Source: Tubulanus polymorphus (taxonomy: Eukaryota; Animalia; Nemertea). From it: 64,000 nucleotides of DNA. The notes below the pieces were generated by a model. It was not told where the DNA came from. It searched no databases and worked only from the letters and a program-made list of their open reading frames with translations. This document shows, piece by piece, positions 52,801 through 64,000 of the stretch. Every line of letters begins with the position of its first letter. Within the stretch, counting starts at the first letter, position 1. A program made the translations under genes and the position numbers. The stretch is from assembly GCF_964204645.1 (NCBI RefSeq), contig NC_134029.1:6820001-6884000 (forward strand), in the 5' to 3' direction.

Positions 52801-53795
52801 TCATTTGACAGAAAGACTTTTAGTTTTAACAGTATCGTATATGCTACTATCTGATATTGTGCCTGCATTCCCGTAGGTAGGTCTGGATTTATCCAACTCA
52901 GTCCAGTAATCGATGAATTTAATTTGCCAGATGGAACAATTTTGTCGTCTTTTATCGTCGACCTGTTTGTCCCTGGTTTCACTAGTCGCTTTTACGCACG
53001 TATTCCGTAGTGAATAGATCGCGTTATCGTCAGCTGCGCTGTTCATTCTGTGAACTGATGATACGGATTTCGCAAACTTATCGATTCTCTCCTCAAGTCT
53101 TTTCGTTGAATTGACGTAACCAGACGAGAATCGACAGAAGTATTTGTCGTCTGTACGCTTATGGTTTTTGGTCTGAAAACTACTGGCATCTATTTTTTCT
53201 TGGCGGCTTTCAGTGACGTGGATCGTCGTTCCATCACAAGTTGCACGTCGATTCAAGCTATTACCAATGCGAGAACGGTTAAGCGGTGCTGTCTGCGCTC
53301 TAACCCTCTCTACCCGTTTATATTCGGGTGGTAATTGACCAATGCCGTTCAATTTCGAATTCAATACGACTTTCGATTCGGTTGTTGCATTTGCATCGCT
53401 CTGAAAATTAAATGATACCGATACACGCAAATTGCTTGTCGCCTACAAATTCAATCGTTATTTCACACGCTGATCGCTAGTGCAAATAAAATGAAATTGA
53501 TTTCTGTGTAAACAAGACAGCTGTAGCTGTTTCTTTTAGTAGCGCAGAGGATTACCTTAACGTTACTCTTTCTGTTCGGTGAGTCTATCTCCTCCTGTAT
53601 GGCAGACGAACGAAGCAACTTCCGTTGTAGTATTTCGTGTCGTATAATCATCGGTCTCTTCTTCAGTTCGTTGAATTTTTCCGCGTAGATTTTCTGCTTC
53701 AAAAGCAAACGCACGGTTTTCTCCAAATATCGCTGTTCCATTTTGTTCAACGTGAAAGCCTGTAGCTCGTTATCAGACCACCGTAATGTCGACAT
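52801..53795 (-). CDS. Uncharacterised two-exon protein (~279 aa) with N-terminal helical/coiled-coil-like segment
   Basis: Exon 53795-53556 (ATG...AAG|GTAAT, phase 0) joins exon 53400-52801 (TTTTCAG acceptor) in frame. No family confidently recognised. Confidence 0.7.
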
Positions 53796-55341
53796 TTCTG
53801 GGCGAGAATAAATCTTTCGTAAATGTTTTCCCTAGATAGAAAAATCATCCGATTATTCCATCAATTTCGATTCGCTTCATTATTGTTACACCACTCAGTA
53901 CGTTGTCCTTCCAACATCAGCCCCAGCTACACTGCGCGGATGAAAATGAAAAGGGCATATTTCCGTACTCCAGCAACCGCGTAGTCACTAATGCGTAAAA
54001 ATTTGTTCTCCGACATTGAAGTCCACGGCGATCGAGCATTTTCTAATAAAGCAGCATTTTAACCGCAGCCTCGTAAAGCCATGATTGATCGAATAATGAC
54101 GCGTTATCGCTTCGACGCCGTGAAGGGAATTTGGTGCTTCGATTATTGATATTGTTAATAACGGCTTGATACATTACCCAGCAATCTATCGGATATTGCA
54201 AAGTAATCATTAACTAATGACCGTAAACCAAACACGAATATGCAATTTTACTGTAACTGAAAAGCGCTATTTTTCGCCATACGGAGTACATACAATTTGC
54301 TTTTACGTGTTTGTTTCGTATTTCAATATCGGTTTACGCATCGAAAGTGCTTTGATAGGGGGCATACATGTTATTCTGTGTCCAATTTTCAAAACATTTT
54401 TTTAGAATAGCCATTTCGCTTAGCAATGGGTTCGTTGAAATGGGCGTTTAGTTGAAATAGAATCCCGTAAAAGAGAATTCTTTTGAAATGAGTATCGAAT
54501 TCTCTAAAGTTCTTTTTTTTCAATACAAATAAAAAGTATTTACAAACACTTCCCATCTTCTGTACCCACATCTCCGCCGTTAAAAAAAAAATTAAAACGC
54601 GTTATAAGAGATTCGGAATTAGTGGCCTCCCCTACCTATCAATGAACATGGAAACTTTAAAAGGGTTGACTTAACATGATTTGTCTTGTGTGTTAATGTA
54701 TTTTTCTTTATAGTGGTTTTTTGCAGTTAAAATCTTATGTGGAAGGTTTCCCTCATCCTTATCTTGATTGTGTGCAATCCGATGTTTTATTTGTAAATCA
54801 CAAGGAGCAATAAAGTTTTGAATCCAATTGAATTGGTCTGAACACATTTGAACATTGTCTGAACGCCTGCTTCTCTGTAAAACGTGTAGGCTGTATATGC
54901 AGTTACGCTACCCATAAAGTATCGGTGTTTTCTAAATATTTTCTAAATAAAACAGGTGTGCTGTATGAATTCGATAGCAATATCATTATCCATATAGGTA
55001 AAACTGTGTCAAGGGCCCATCCAAGCGAGGGTACAAAGCTGCGCACCTCCCCTCTCTAAAATTACCCTGTTATCCCCTGAAATTTTAGAGGGAAAAAGAA
55101 ATTAAATTGATTACTATAAGCTTGTACTCGCCATTTCCGGAAACGAGTTGATGTTTTCCGACGAGCTTTCCCGGCTGAATTGCCTGAATAAAACTAATAT
55201 GGAGTTAAAGAGTCTTTGCAAATGCAGCCTAATACATCAGACTGAAGATTTTTTATATCAATTTCTTGCCCATATGCAAGACAAAGTTAAATAATATCTT
55301 CTATAACGCGGACCACGCCTCCCTCTTACAATTATTTTGGT

Positions 55342-56400
55342 TTAACAAAGACAGCGATTGGATGTGTTGCTTAGAATACTAACAGCTGACTTTCTGAATT
55401 TTCCATTTGTCAAGCAATATATGAGGAAATTTATTGACGAATCGATGATGGCAAATCCCAAGGTTATTTGTATAAAACCAACACTCATTTTTATTTTGAA
55501 ATAACGGAGATTTTTCAAACGATCCACAACACCTAAACCTTCACAAACTATAAACAATGTAACTACTGACAAAACCATCTTCAAAACCCTCATCTCCCTC
55601 CTAGACGATTCTTTCGTCACACCAAGCTCCGTGCGTCGAATAGCCCGACGGAAAAATTTCGCTGAAATAAGAATTGAATTGAGAACTACCAAAGCACAAA
55701 CAGGAAACATTACAGTAAGATAAAGGAAAAAGTACTGGCCCGATATTAAGGAATCCCAGAATCCTAATTGAATACCTGGATATGAGTACCGGTACCGCTC
55801 ATCACGCCATGTAATGTAGGGCCAAAATCCTGGACATTTCACAAAATCGAGTGCGAATTTCGGTAGAAATTGGCTAAAATGTCCACAAAAACCGATTAGT
55901 GAGATAAGTATCATCGCATATATTGAGGCCGACTTTTTTGGAAATTTTCGAGGTTTCATTGGAAATAATACAACGATTAATCGGTCAAGACTGAGCAGTA
56001 CCGTACACCAGTTACGAGTCATTTGAAATATGTAAAAAAATGGCAGTGAAATTGATATTAAAATCCATCCGAAATTCCATTCATTTTCGCGAAACAAAGC
56101 TTTGCCAAATGCGGCATAGATGTAGACAGTTCTCAGCGGATAGAGAATGAAGGTAGCGATCATAAACAGAAGATCTTGTACAGCCAAAACTTTTACAAGA
56201 AAATAAACATCAGATTTGAATCGTTTAAGAACTAACAACGTGAACGCGTTGAATATTATGCCCAGTATGGATGCGGGTAGATACCACCACAAGTATATAT
56301 AGATGCTAAATTTGTAACTCCGTCTAACACGACCATTCAACATGTTCTGACATAACTCGAATTGATATGTCAGAGTGGTTCCGTTATCAAACATTGTCAT
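55342..56400 (-). CDS. Intronless class A GPCR, FMRFamide-receptor-like / invertebrate peptide-GPCR type
   Basis: Seven hydrophobic segments; TM1 GIIFN, TM2 LAVQD, TM3 SLDRLIVVLFP, TM6 FIVCE and TM7 SSINFLIYC. First ATG at 56400. Confidence 0.9.
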   Translation of the reverse strand: MTMFDNGTTLTYQFELCQNMLNGRVRRSYKFSIYIYLWWYLPASILGIIFNAFTLLVLKRFKSDVYFLVKVLAVQDLLFMIATFILYPLRTVYIYAAFGKALFRENEWNFGWILISISLPFFYIFQMTRNWCTVLLSLDRLIVVLFPMKPRKFPKKSASIYAMILISLIGFCGHFSQFLPKFALDFVKCPGFWPYITWRDERYRYSYPGIQLGFWDSLISGQYFFLYLTVMFPVCALVVLNSILISAKFFRRAIRRTELGVTKESSRREMRVLKMVLSVVTLFIVCEGLGVVDRLKNLRYFKIKMSVGFIQITLGFAIIDSSINFLIYCLTNGKFRKSAVSILSNTSNRCLC

Positions 56401-56423
56401 AAGCTGCAAGAACTACGTTAGAC

Positions 56424-56470
56424 CTTGGAGTAATCATTGCTTGGAGTAATCATTCAATGATTACTCCAAG
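56424..56470. mobile_element. 47-bp palindromic insertion with 7-bp TSD
   Basis: CTTGGAGTAATCATTG...CAATGATTACTCCAAG with an internal repeat of the left arm, flanked by GTTAGAC on both sides. Confidence 0.8.
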
Positions 56471-56727
56471 GTTAGACCGTGGACTCGGAGATGTTCCCAT
56501 GTTTCGACTGCTCAGTAATCTGTTTCGGTAATTATCCCATGATTTACCGAGTACGTATATTCAATCCGAAGTTGCTCCGCGGCTTTGAGGAAAGTTGATT
56601 AAATGAGACTTAAAGACTCCATTGGTTGCCAGGTAACTGTGCTTAAAATTCAATAAGCTTTAGTGAAAACTTTATCAAAGATATTTTACAGGTCGCACCA
56701 ACTTAAATTAGATGTGTTCTATTTATG

Positions 56728-56758
56728 CAGGGAAGTGTGATGACATCACACTTCCCTG
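56728..56758. mobile_element. 31-bp perfect palindrome with 7-bp TSD
   Basis: CAGGGAAGTGTGATG-A-CATCACACTTCCCTG flanked by ATTTATG on both sides. Confidence 0.85.
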
Positions 56759-57354
56759 ATTTATGTAACTATAGATATGAACCAACTGATATTACTCCGG
56801 TCTAACAAAAGTGCATGGTAAGCAATATGTAATACAGGGAGCAAAAGATCCAAGTATATAATTTCACAGTATTTTGAGAAGGGTGCTGCTATTTTAATTT
56901 GCAGCACATTTCAAAAGAGGTCTGATCTGAAGAAAAATTTTAAAAGCCCTGAAAATTTCAAATCATCACCTAATTCGAATCAAAAGTTAATTCTTGTTCG
57001 TGTAACCGGGCCCTGGATGATGAGGCTCGAAGCAAAAAACGCTTTGAAAAAGTTGTACACACAGAATCTCACGACATTAAGTCATTGACAAAAATGTAAA
57101 ACGATATCTTTCAATATCGTGACATATCGGGTATATTCCACGCAACTATATTGTTTCCTGATACGGTCGACATTTATAAAACCGATTCAGATCTTTAACG
57201 CAGTCATCGCATAAACACGGGATTTTCGCACGTTATCCTCTAAAATAAAGCCATTATATTGTAATCAACAACAAATACGATGTTTCTTCCATCATTTTCG
57301 TATATCGGTGCGTGTCCTTCTCGTTGAATCAACGCGTGTTAAGTTTCCGCAGCC

Positions 57355-58383
57355 ATGTCTGCGCTTGTCACTCTCTCCGATTACAATCTAACTTTAGTAA
57401 CACTCGGTCATCAGAATCCATACAACGACCACGCCACCGGATACTTCGCTTTCGGTATCGTTTTCGACAGTAAATGGATTTTTCATGTGGCTTTGGTGGC
57501 CATGTACGGATTCCTTCCGTTTTCGTTTGTCGTCGGCACCGTCGGTAACTTGTTTGCTTTAAGAGTTCTTTCGAATCGCCATTACACGCGCACGTCCACG
57601 GGCGTTTACATGATAGCTCTGGAAGTATTCGATACGACCGTAGTTTCGCTATGCGTACCCGTATTATTTACTCGTGTTGTCTTCCAACATTTGATAACTG
57701 ACCTATTTTGTAAAATTTACATATTCTTACTGGTGGCTACAGCTTCATTTTCGAATTTAACATTAGCGTTCATGAGTATCGATCGCCTAATTGTTGTCTG
57801 CTTTCCGTTCAAAGCGAAATCTATCTGTACCCCTCGTAAAGCCCGCGTAGTACTACTTGCGATGGTATTAGCTCAGCTAGGATTCAGTATCTACCGAGCC
57901 GTACCACTTAGAGTCTACACAAACGGCCCCGAAAACGACTGCGACTATCCTCTAAGAGGTCGTCCGAGATTCATTATTTCATTCACTCAAAACGTCATCC
58001 AGTTTTGGATTCCATTTGGTCTTATTCTAGGGTGCAATATATCGATCGTTACCCAACTCGTACTTCAATCGAAGCGACGCAAAGAAATGACTAATTCTTG
58101 TTCGGATGGGAAGGAGTCAGCTGATAATTCCGTGTCAGTGACTTTGATGTTACTGTCAGTTTCTATATTGTTTCTCGTGTTACATTTCCCGTTTTTCTTG
58201 TATCGTATTTTGAAATACGTAACGGGAGCTGATCGAATGATTCTGAACGTTGTTTACTGGATTTCTCGAGCTTTGATGGCGGTCAACTCAGCGATCAATT
58301 TCTACGTTTACTGTCTAGCGTCGGAACGATTTCGAGTTGAGCTGCGGGCAATTTTAAATTCTTCATTTTGTCAAACGAACTAG
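57355..58383 (+). CDS. Intronless class A GPCR, peptide-receptor-like (342 aa)
   Basis: GTVGN (TM1), LEVFD (TM2), CKIY...MSIDRLIVVCFP (TM3), WIPF (TM5), FLVLHFP (TM6) and NSAINFYVYC (TM7). Confidence 0.92.
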   Translation: MSALVTLSDYNLTLVTLGHQNPYNDHATGYFAFGIVFDSKWIFHVALVAMYGFLPFSFVVGTVGNLFALRVLSNRHYTRTSTGVYMIALEVFDTTVVSLCVPVLFTRVVFQHLITDLFCKIYIFLLVATASFSNLTLAFMSIDRLIVVCFPFKAKSICTPRKARVVLLAMVLAQLGFSIYRAVPLRVYTNGPENDCDYPLRGRPRFIISFTQNVIQFWIPFGLILGCNISIVTQLVLQSKRRKEMTNSCSDGKESADNSVSVTLMLLSVSILFLVLHFPFFLYRILKYVTGADRMILNVVYWISRALMAVNSAINFYVYCLASERFRVELRAILNSSFCQTN

Positions 58384-59312
58384 CGTGTACACCATACGGT
58401 ATCACAAATACAAAAAAATAACTTTATTAAGAGGTTTATTAACGCCTTTTTGTTTAACATTGTTAAACAACATGAATGATATACTAATAAATATCAATGA
58501 AATTAATCTGTATTTGAATGTATTGAATTTTTTATAGGGCTTAAATTGATTCATTGACCAGGTCGGATTGACGTGGTGCACATCAACCACACAATATTCC
58601 TAATTTTTGATTAAAATTGGATGAAAATTCATTACATAAGAGTCATTTCGATTAATTACAAAAAAGTCAAAATTTTCAAAATTGTATGACATATATGAAA
58701 ATGGAATTTTGCGCGTGATATGACTGATTTCCGCTGTGGGTGTTGCCACCTTCTTCGGCACTTGAATATCCGTATATTTTCCGGTCATTTCGGCCTACTG
58801 TAAGATAAAGGGTCCAAATATATTTTGGGGATCTTTGGCGAAGACGGCTTATTGACATCCTCGCTTGCCAGGGGTCCGGTATCGCTCCCCGACTCGCTTC
58901 TACCAGTTAGTGCCGGCCTTCGGAGTCCCTACGGTGTGAAGATGGCTTATTGAGAGTCGGACCCGGGGAGTCGGAACAGACCATTCATATTGAACATTCT
59001 TAGCCCGCTCCTGAAAATGATACACATTACGTCACGAATACATATATGAAGGCTTCGGTGGTTGGGCATCGCTCCAGTCCTCCGCTTGCCGTTGCCATTT
59101 CTGGAGAAAATAAATATCGTGATCATAATTCATTGTCATACAGGCCTAGCAAATTTACGAGATTTTGTTTCACAATTCCGACTAATTATGTCGAATTTTG
59201 ACATAATAATGCCAAATTTGTGAATTATCTCGTATGTCACCAAGGGGCTTCCGTACAAATTTCTGCCTCTGGCAGGCGAGATTTCTAACTGTGGCAAGTG
59301 AAGGTAAATAAA

Positions 59313-61085
59313 ATGGCTGCCTCCAGGCTGAACCAGGAAGACGATCGAATGTCATACGATCCTCGTCGACCATTCGTTTATTTGACCCGCATCGAATGTT
59401 TTAGTGCTAGTCATAGATTGCACAGGTAACGATCTAAATCCTATCCAAACGAAATAAGGATAGAAAATTGTTTTTATAGGTTTTTGGAGGTGCTTCAGCA
59501 TTGATGGTCGTACTAATTATCGGGACAAACTGATATGTGTAATAAATCGTGTGACAGGGGAGGGTCCTACAGAAAGGATAAACTCTTAAATCGATTAAAT
59601 CCCTTCGGTAATTCAGTATGTTGTGTAATTCGTTGTACGAGTAGGGTGAACACAGTGAAACTGGGCCCTGTTGACGATATTCTAGTTTAAGATGTAATTT
59701 CTAACATTTAAAAATCATCGCTATTAATTAACGGACAAAAAGTTAAGCAACTATTCATTTGCGAAATCAGCCTTGAATGAATTGTTTTATTTATTCTTTT
59801 AACGCAGTGTTCATCTTAGTAATGAAGAGAACGAACGGTTGTATGGTAAATGTAATAATCCGAATGGCCATGGGCATAATTACAAAGGTAAATGATAATC
59901 GATTTATCCCTTCAATTCTAAACACGTTTTGTCCATTTTTTTATGTACAAAATGTGAAAATACAATCGATTTTGTAGAACTGACAATTCAGGTTTAATCG
60001 GTTTATGTTTTGCAGTCGAAGTGACCGTCAAGGGAGAGGTAAGAAGAAAAAGATGTCTGCTCATTTGATTAACATTTGATAGACTCTTAACTTTGTTGAT
60101 TCAGATGGATAAGATGAAACGCCATTTTATCTCCACTTATCAATCGATTATCGTCTTCTGTTGATTCATTTTAAGCTGCTATATTTTCTGGTGTTCATAC
60201 CGGTGTATTTCCAAATCTCCTATTTATCGTAGTCAAATTTTGCACAGTTGTTCTCCATTAACCAACTGCTACTTTATATCACAGATTCCTTTTAAGGGTT
60301 TTAGTTCTCTTAATTTTTCTGAAAACCCAGTTTTATATTACAATATATGTATTGATTGTCACATTGTACAAATTGTTGCAATTTATTTCTGAAATAGATA
60401 ACTAAATAAGCATTGATTTTGAATTTATTCTTCAGGTTGACCCTGTCACTGGAATGGTAATGAATTTGACTGATTTGAAGGCTGTTATTCAGGTAATAAC
60501 TATTAAAACTAATACGCAAATGCTCAGTTCTTACGTTATTACACCATATCAATATGATATCGAATGCCGTTTTTATGTTTTTCAGAAGAAAATTATGGAC
60601 ATTCTCGATCATAAAAATGTGGATAAGGATGTTCCTTATTTCGCTGAAAAAGTCAGGTGCGTTCACTATCCTGGCATATGAAGGCCAGTTCCACAGAAAG
60701 TCTTAGTTGATATTTTTATACCAAGGCTTACTTTTCAAAATCATCTACCTAGAAATAGCCTCAAGGTTTGGAAATATCAAGTTTTTAGGCCCTTATGCTC
60801 TATTTGAAATAGAGTAGGTTAACTTAAAAACAATTAGTGATTTTTAAATTAGACAATAGAATTTAGAGCGCATTCTGTTGTAATGGTTCTAAGATTTGTG
60901 TTGGATTTAAGGCTTAAACAAAGTGGAGTCTAATGAAGTATTTGTGAATCTTATTTTACAGTTCAGTCGAAAATATAGCGGTGTTCATCTGGAAGAACCT
61001 GGCTGATCATTTACCGCGGGGCTATCTGCACGAAATCAAATTACACGAAACAGATAAGAATATAGCTGTTTATAGAGGCGAATAG
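59313..61085 (+). CDS. PTS: 6-pyruvoyl tetrahydrobiopterin synthase (~155 aa)
   Basis: Exons 59313-59425, 59808-59887, 60016-60038, 60436-60492, 60586-60656 and 60962-61085 in phase (468 nt). Motifs [56 protein letters not shown] and [12 protein letters not shown]. Alternative start at 59349. Confidence 0.97.
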
Positions 61086-61437
61086 ATGGTAATGCGGCTG
61101 TCATCTGGATAAAAAAATTCAGTTCAGGGAAAATATTTTTTGTCTTCTGTAAATTAATCAACTGTGATGTTGTAAATAGATACGCATCATGTTTGTTGTT
61201 CACTGAAAAATGGGGAAATATTTTCGAGATGGTCGCGTACATTTTTAACAATATGGCCGATGATTCGAAGTATGATTAGCATCACTGGGAAATTATATAT
61301 ATTTAATGTGTCTTCCTTCCGATCCCATCATTTTTGTTCTATCCCGATGTATTGTACTGTGGAACCTTGGTAAGACAAAACAGTTAACCTCGATTAAGTC
61401 ATCATCATATAAGGTATAACAATCTTCCAGTCATATA

Positions 61438-61658
61438 AGGCTAAACAAAAATGATACCTGTTTCTCCGCAGCGGCCGGGTCATTTTTATAAAATATGATA
61501 AATTTTGTAAACAGTTCATTTCTATAGCGGCCGGGTCTGTTATGGTAAAATTGATCACGATTTTAAAAAAAGTAATGTATAGGGTAGATAGGCGGCCGGC
61601 CGGGTCAACTTTTAAGCTCAGCAGAGTGGAGAAACAAGGTATCAATTTTTTTTAGCCT
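61438..61658. mobile_element. ~220-bp MITE, copy 2 (inverted relative to 19794-20012)
   Basis: Same TIRs and internal GGCCGGCCGCCTATCTACCCTATACATTAC segment. Confidence 0.9.
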
Positions 61659-62961
61659 AATGTAGAAAATTTGGCTCATTACCGTTGTCTTTGCCACAGT
61701 TCAAATAGGTTCCACCGTATATCTCAAGCTGTCCTTTAACCTTTCATCTTTTCTGCCTATTTCTTATTTTCTTCTTTGCCCTACTGTCCTACTCGTCTTC
61801 ACTTCAAAGTCTTATACAATCATCACCTAGATAAAGTCTAATCCATGATTTATTTGTATGTTACGAGATGCTTTGATGTACGCAGAAAAAATGAGATACG
61901 AGTCAATACTCTGATTAGGCTTCATATCACAAGAATTGTAGTGTCATAGTTTACAATAGTATTATTAAGCACCAGTATTATAGTTAAAAATGAATGTTAA
62001 GCCGCTGTTGTTGCTTGGAGATAGTTGATATTTTTAGATAGGAAAGCCCTGTCTATACTAGATGAAAAGCTCAGTTTCACTTGAACTATGAATTAGCGTT
62101 ATGAAAAGTTTTGGAATATCTATTAGTATCCGAAAATCCGAATTAAGCGAGTTCTACTGTGGATGCAAGTATATACAGTGAAACCTCGTTTCAATGAACT
62201 TCAAGGGGCCAGAAAATATGTTACTGACAACCGATCCATCCGTAATGAAATTATTGAAATTTTCCTGTGTGGGGCGAAATTCTAGGTTTTAAAGGTTATA
62301 TTGAAGTTTGTGACCGAGAGGTTCCTCGGCCGTGTATTGTATGCAAAAAACCATGATTACAAATGATAAGACCACCCAACCGTGCTCTAGTATAGATAAG
62401 GCTTTATATATACCAGTATAAACACTTATGCGAGTCAATGCAGTGAAATAATAGTTGTGTTCTAGTATGAATATATCATTCCAGCCAAGCACAGAGCGAT
62501 AAGATAAAGGCCACTAGCGGAGATTAGCAACTCAATTCAATTATTGATTCTTCCTGTGTTGCGGTGGAGACGGCTTTCATGAGCTTTTTAGAAGTGCCTT
62601 AAGACAAGAAATGACGATCAATTAGTGCCTGTGTCACGTTATGAAATTAAATTCCAAATTATTGCGATAAAATCTGATGATTATGGCTTTCTCATCATTG
62701 TGATTGAAGCAGTGGTCTTCAAATATTTTTTTATAAATATTCTAGTCTATGAATACGTATACTATTAAATTTTTATTTTCATTGATTTTAGATTGCAATA
62801 AACATAAGATATATGTATTTCAGTTTGAAATACTTATTCAAACGTTAGTGCTTTTATTCCCATGCAGTGGGTTTCTAAGACTCAAGGTCTATTCTGGCCC
62901 CACCTTGGGATTCTCACTCATTTGACATGGAAGTGGATGCTCATCACTACAGCTAAAATAA

Positions 62962-63017
62962 TACAGTGGAACCTCTGGATATAAAACAAGCTATCAGATT
63001 CTAAGGTCCTCACTGTA
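62962..63017. mobile_element. Tiny pogo/Tigger-like MITE remnant
   Basis: TACAGTGGAACCTC / AGGTCCTCACTGTA ends. A similar left end TACAGTGAAACCTC lies at 62174. Confidence 0.45.
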
Positions 63018-64000
63018 ACCAGTAATCAACAGTAGATAAGGAACGAATGGTCACGCCGTCCTGCAACCCTTATACACGTTTTAAAGCATTGATAGACTTG
63101 TCAGCCCATTCCTTCTTTATATACCCCGCCTTACACCTCCTATAAATGACCCCTTTTAGAAAACCAATCAATACAGCCCACTATTAACAGAATGTAAATA
63201 AGCAAGAAGAATCTTTTTATCAGCAACTTATTATTGTTGTTCATATATTACGTAGATCCTCATGGTTACAATGGCTCTATTTTAAAATAATTTAAGAAAT
63301 GAGTCCTTCCTACATATTCAAAAACATTGATCTGCATCTTGACACATTACCAACGAAACTACGATTTCGCCATATTTTTGAAAACAAAGTTTTTAAAAAC
63401 TTTGTAAATAATGTATTGCATGATCGAAAGCGATCTTCAAGTTTAACGTGTTATGTTTGTACACGTTTTCTCAAAATGAGTCAAAAACATTCAAAATTCA
63501 AATGCCCCAGAGTTTACAATGCAGATATATTTCATAATACGTAAAGCCTAACGTTGTAAGTACCAGTATGTTAATACAGAAGTGAAATGGTTTGTCATGA
63601 TCTCGTAAGCGTGGACACGCAATGACTATAAAAATGACTACGGCACAAAAATAATCCAATAATTTCATAACAACCTCGTTAATAATATACCGGGTATTTA
63701 ACTTAACCTCGCCTAACTCGGACAACTACAAAATTATTTTCTGATTTCCTCACGTATTTTTTCCGATCGTCAACTCGGCCTTCACTGACCAATCCGAGTT
63801 ACCGGTAGGTGAGGTTTATCGTACATCATATCATTTTTAAACCTGAGCAAGTTAATAATAATGGTAATGATAATAATAATCGGAATGGCTGTAAAATCTC
63901 CGAATGATCTGGTATTGAGTCTGTCGATTGCATATTGAGTTAAGTATCGTAGTGAAGCGAATATTCTACAGGAATGATTAAAACAGCTGTATGGGTTAAA

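Noticed and set aside
61682-61830. Minus-strand exon-like segment downstream of PTS
   Set aside because: Splice-like ends are present but all three frames are closed early, so no gene can be supported.

Overview
AT-rich, intron-containing metazoan genomic DNA. The gene families and repeats look invertebrate, probably lophotrochozoan, but that is an inference. By hand-splicing GT-AG exons with consistent reading phases I can support seven protein-coding loci: (1) a minus-strand POLR2M/Gdown1 (GRINL1A) homolog at 4555-8964; (2) MYDGF at 20401-21761 (+); (3) a 14-exon INF2/inverted-formin gene at 26710-50784 (+) with a 4.3 kb terminal exon; (4) a two-exon uncharacterised gene at 52801-53795 (-); (5, 6) two divergent intronless class A peptide-type GPCRs; and (7) PTS at 59313-61085 (+). 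The standout observation is inside Gdown1: its second coding intron holds two extra in-phase exons. They would join the Gdown1 N-terminus to an intact but catalytically degenerate PML-exon9/Exuperantia-type DEDD exonuclease fold, giving a predicted 506-aa chimeric isoform alongside the canonical 218-aa one. Non-coding DNA carries many MITEs, including a nested cluster with tRNA-like and TTAGGG cargo and 31-47 bp palindromic insertions with 7-bp target-site duplications (TSDs). It also has several Penelope-type hammerhead-like motifs, an 82-bp tandem array, an inverted duplication bordered by G-tracts and a long intronic hairpin. Family assignments rest on recalled motifs, not on database searches.
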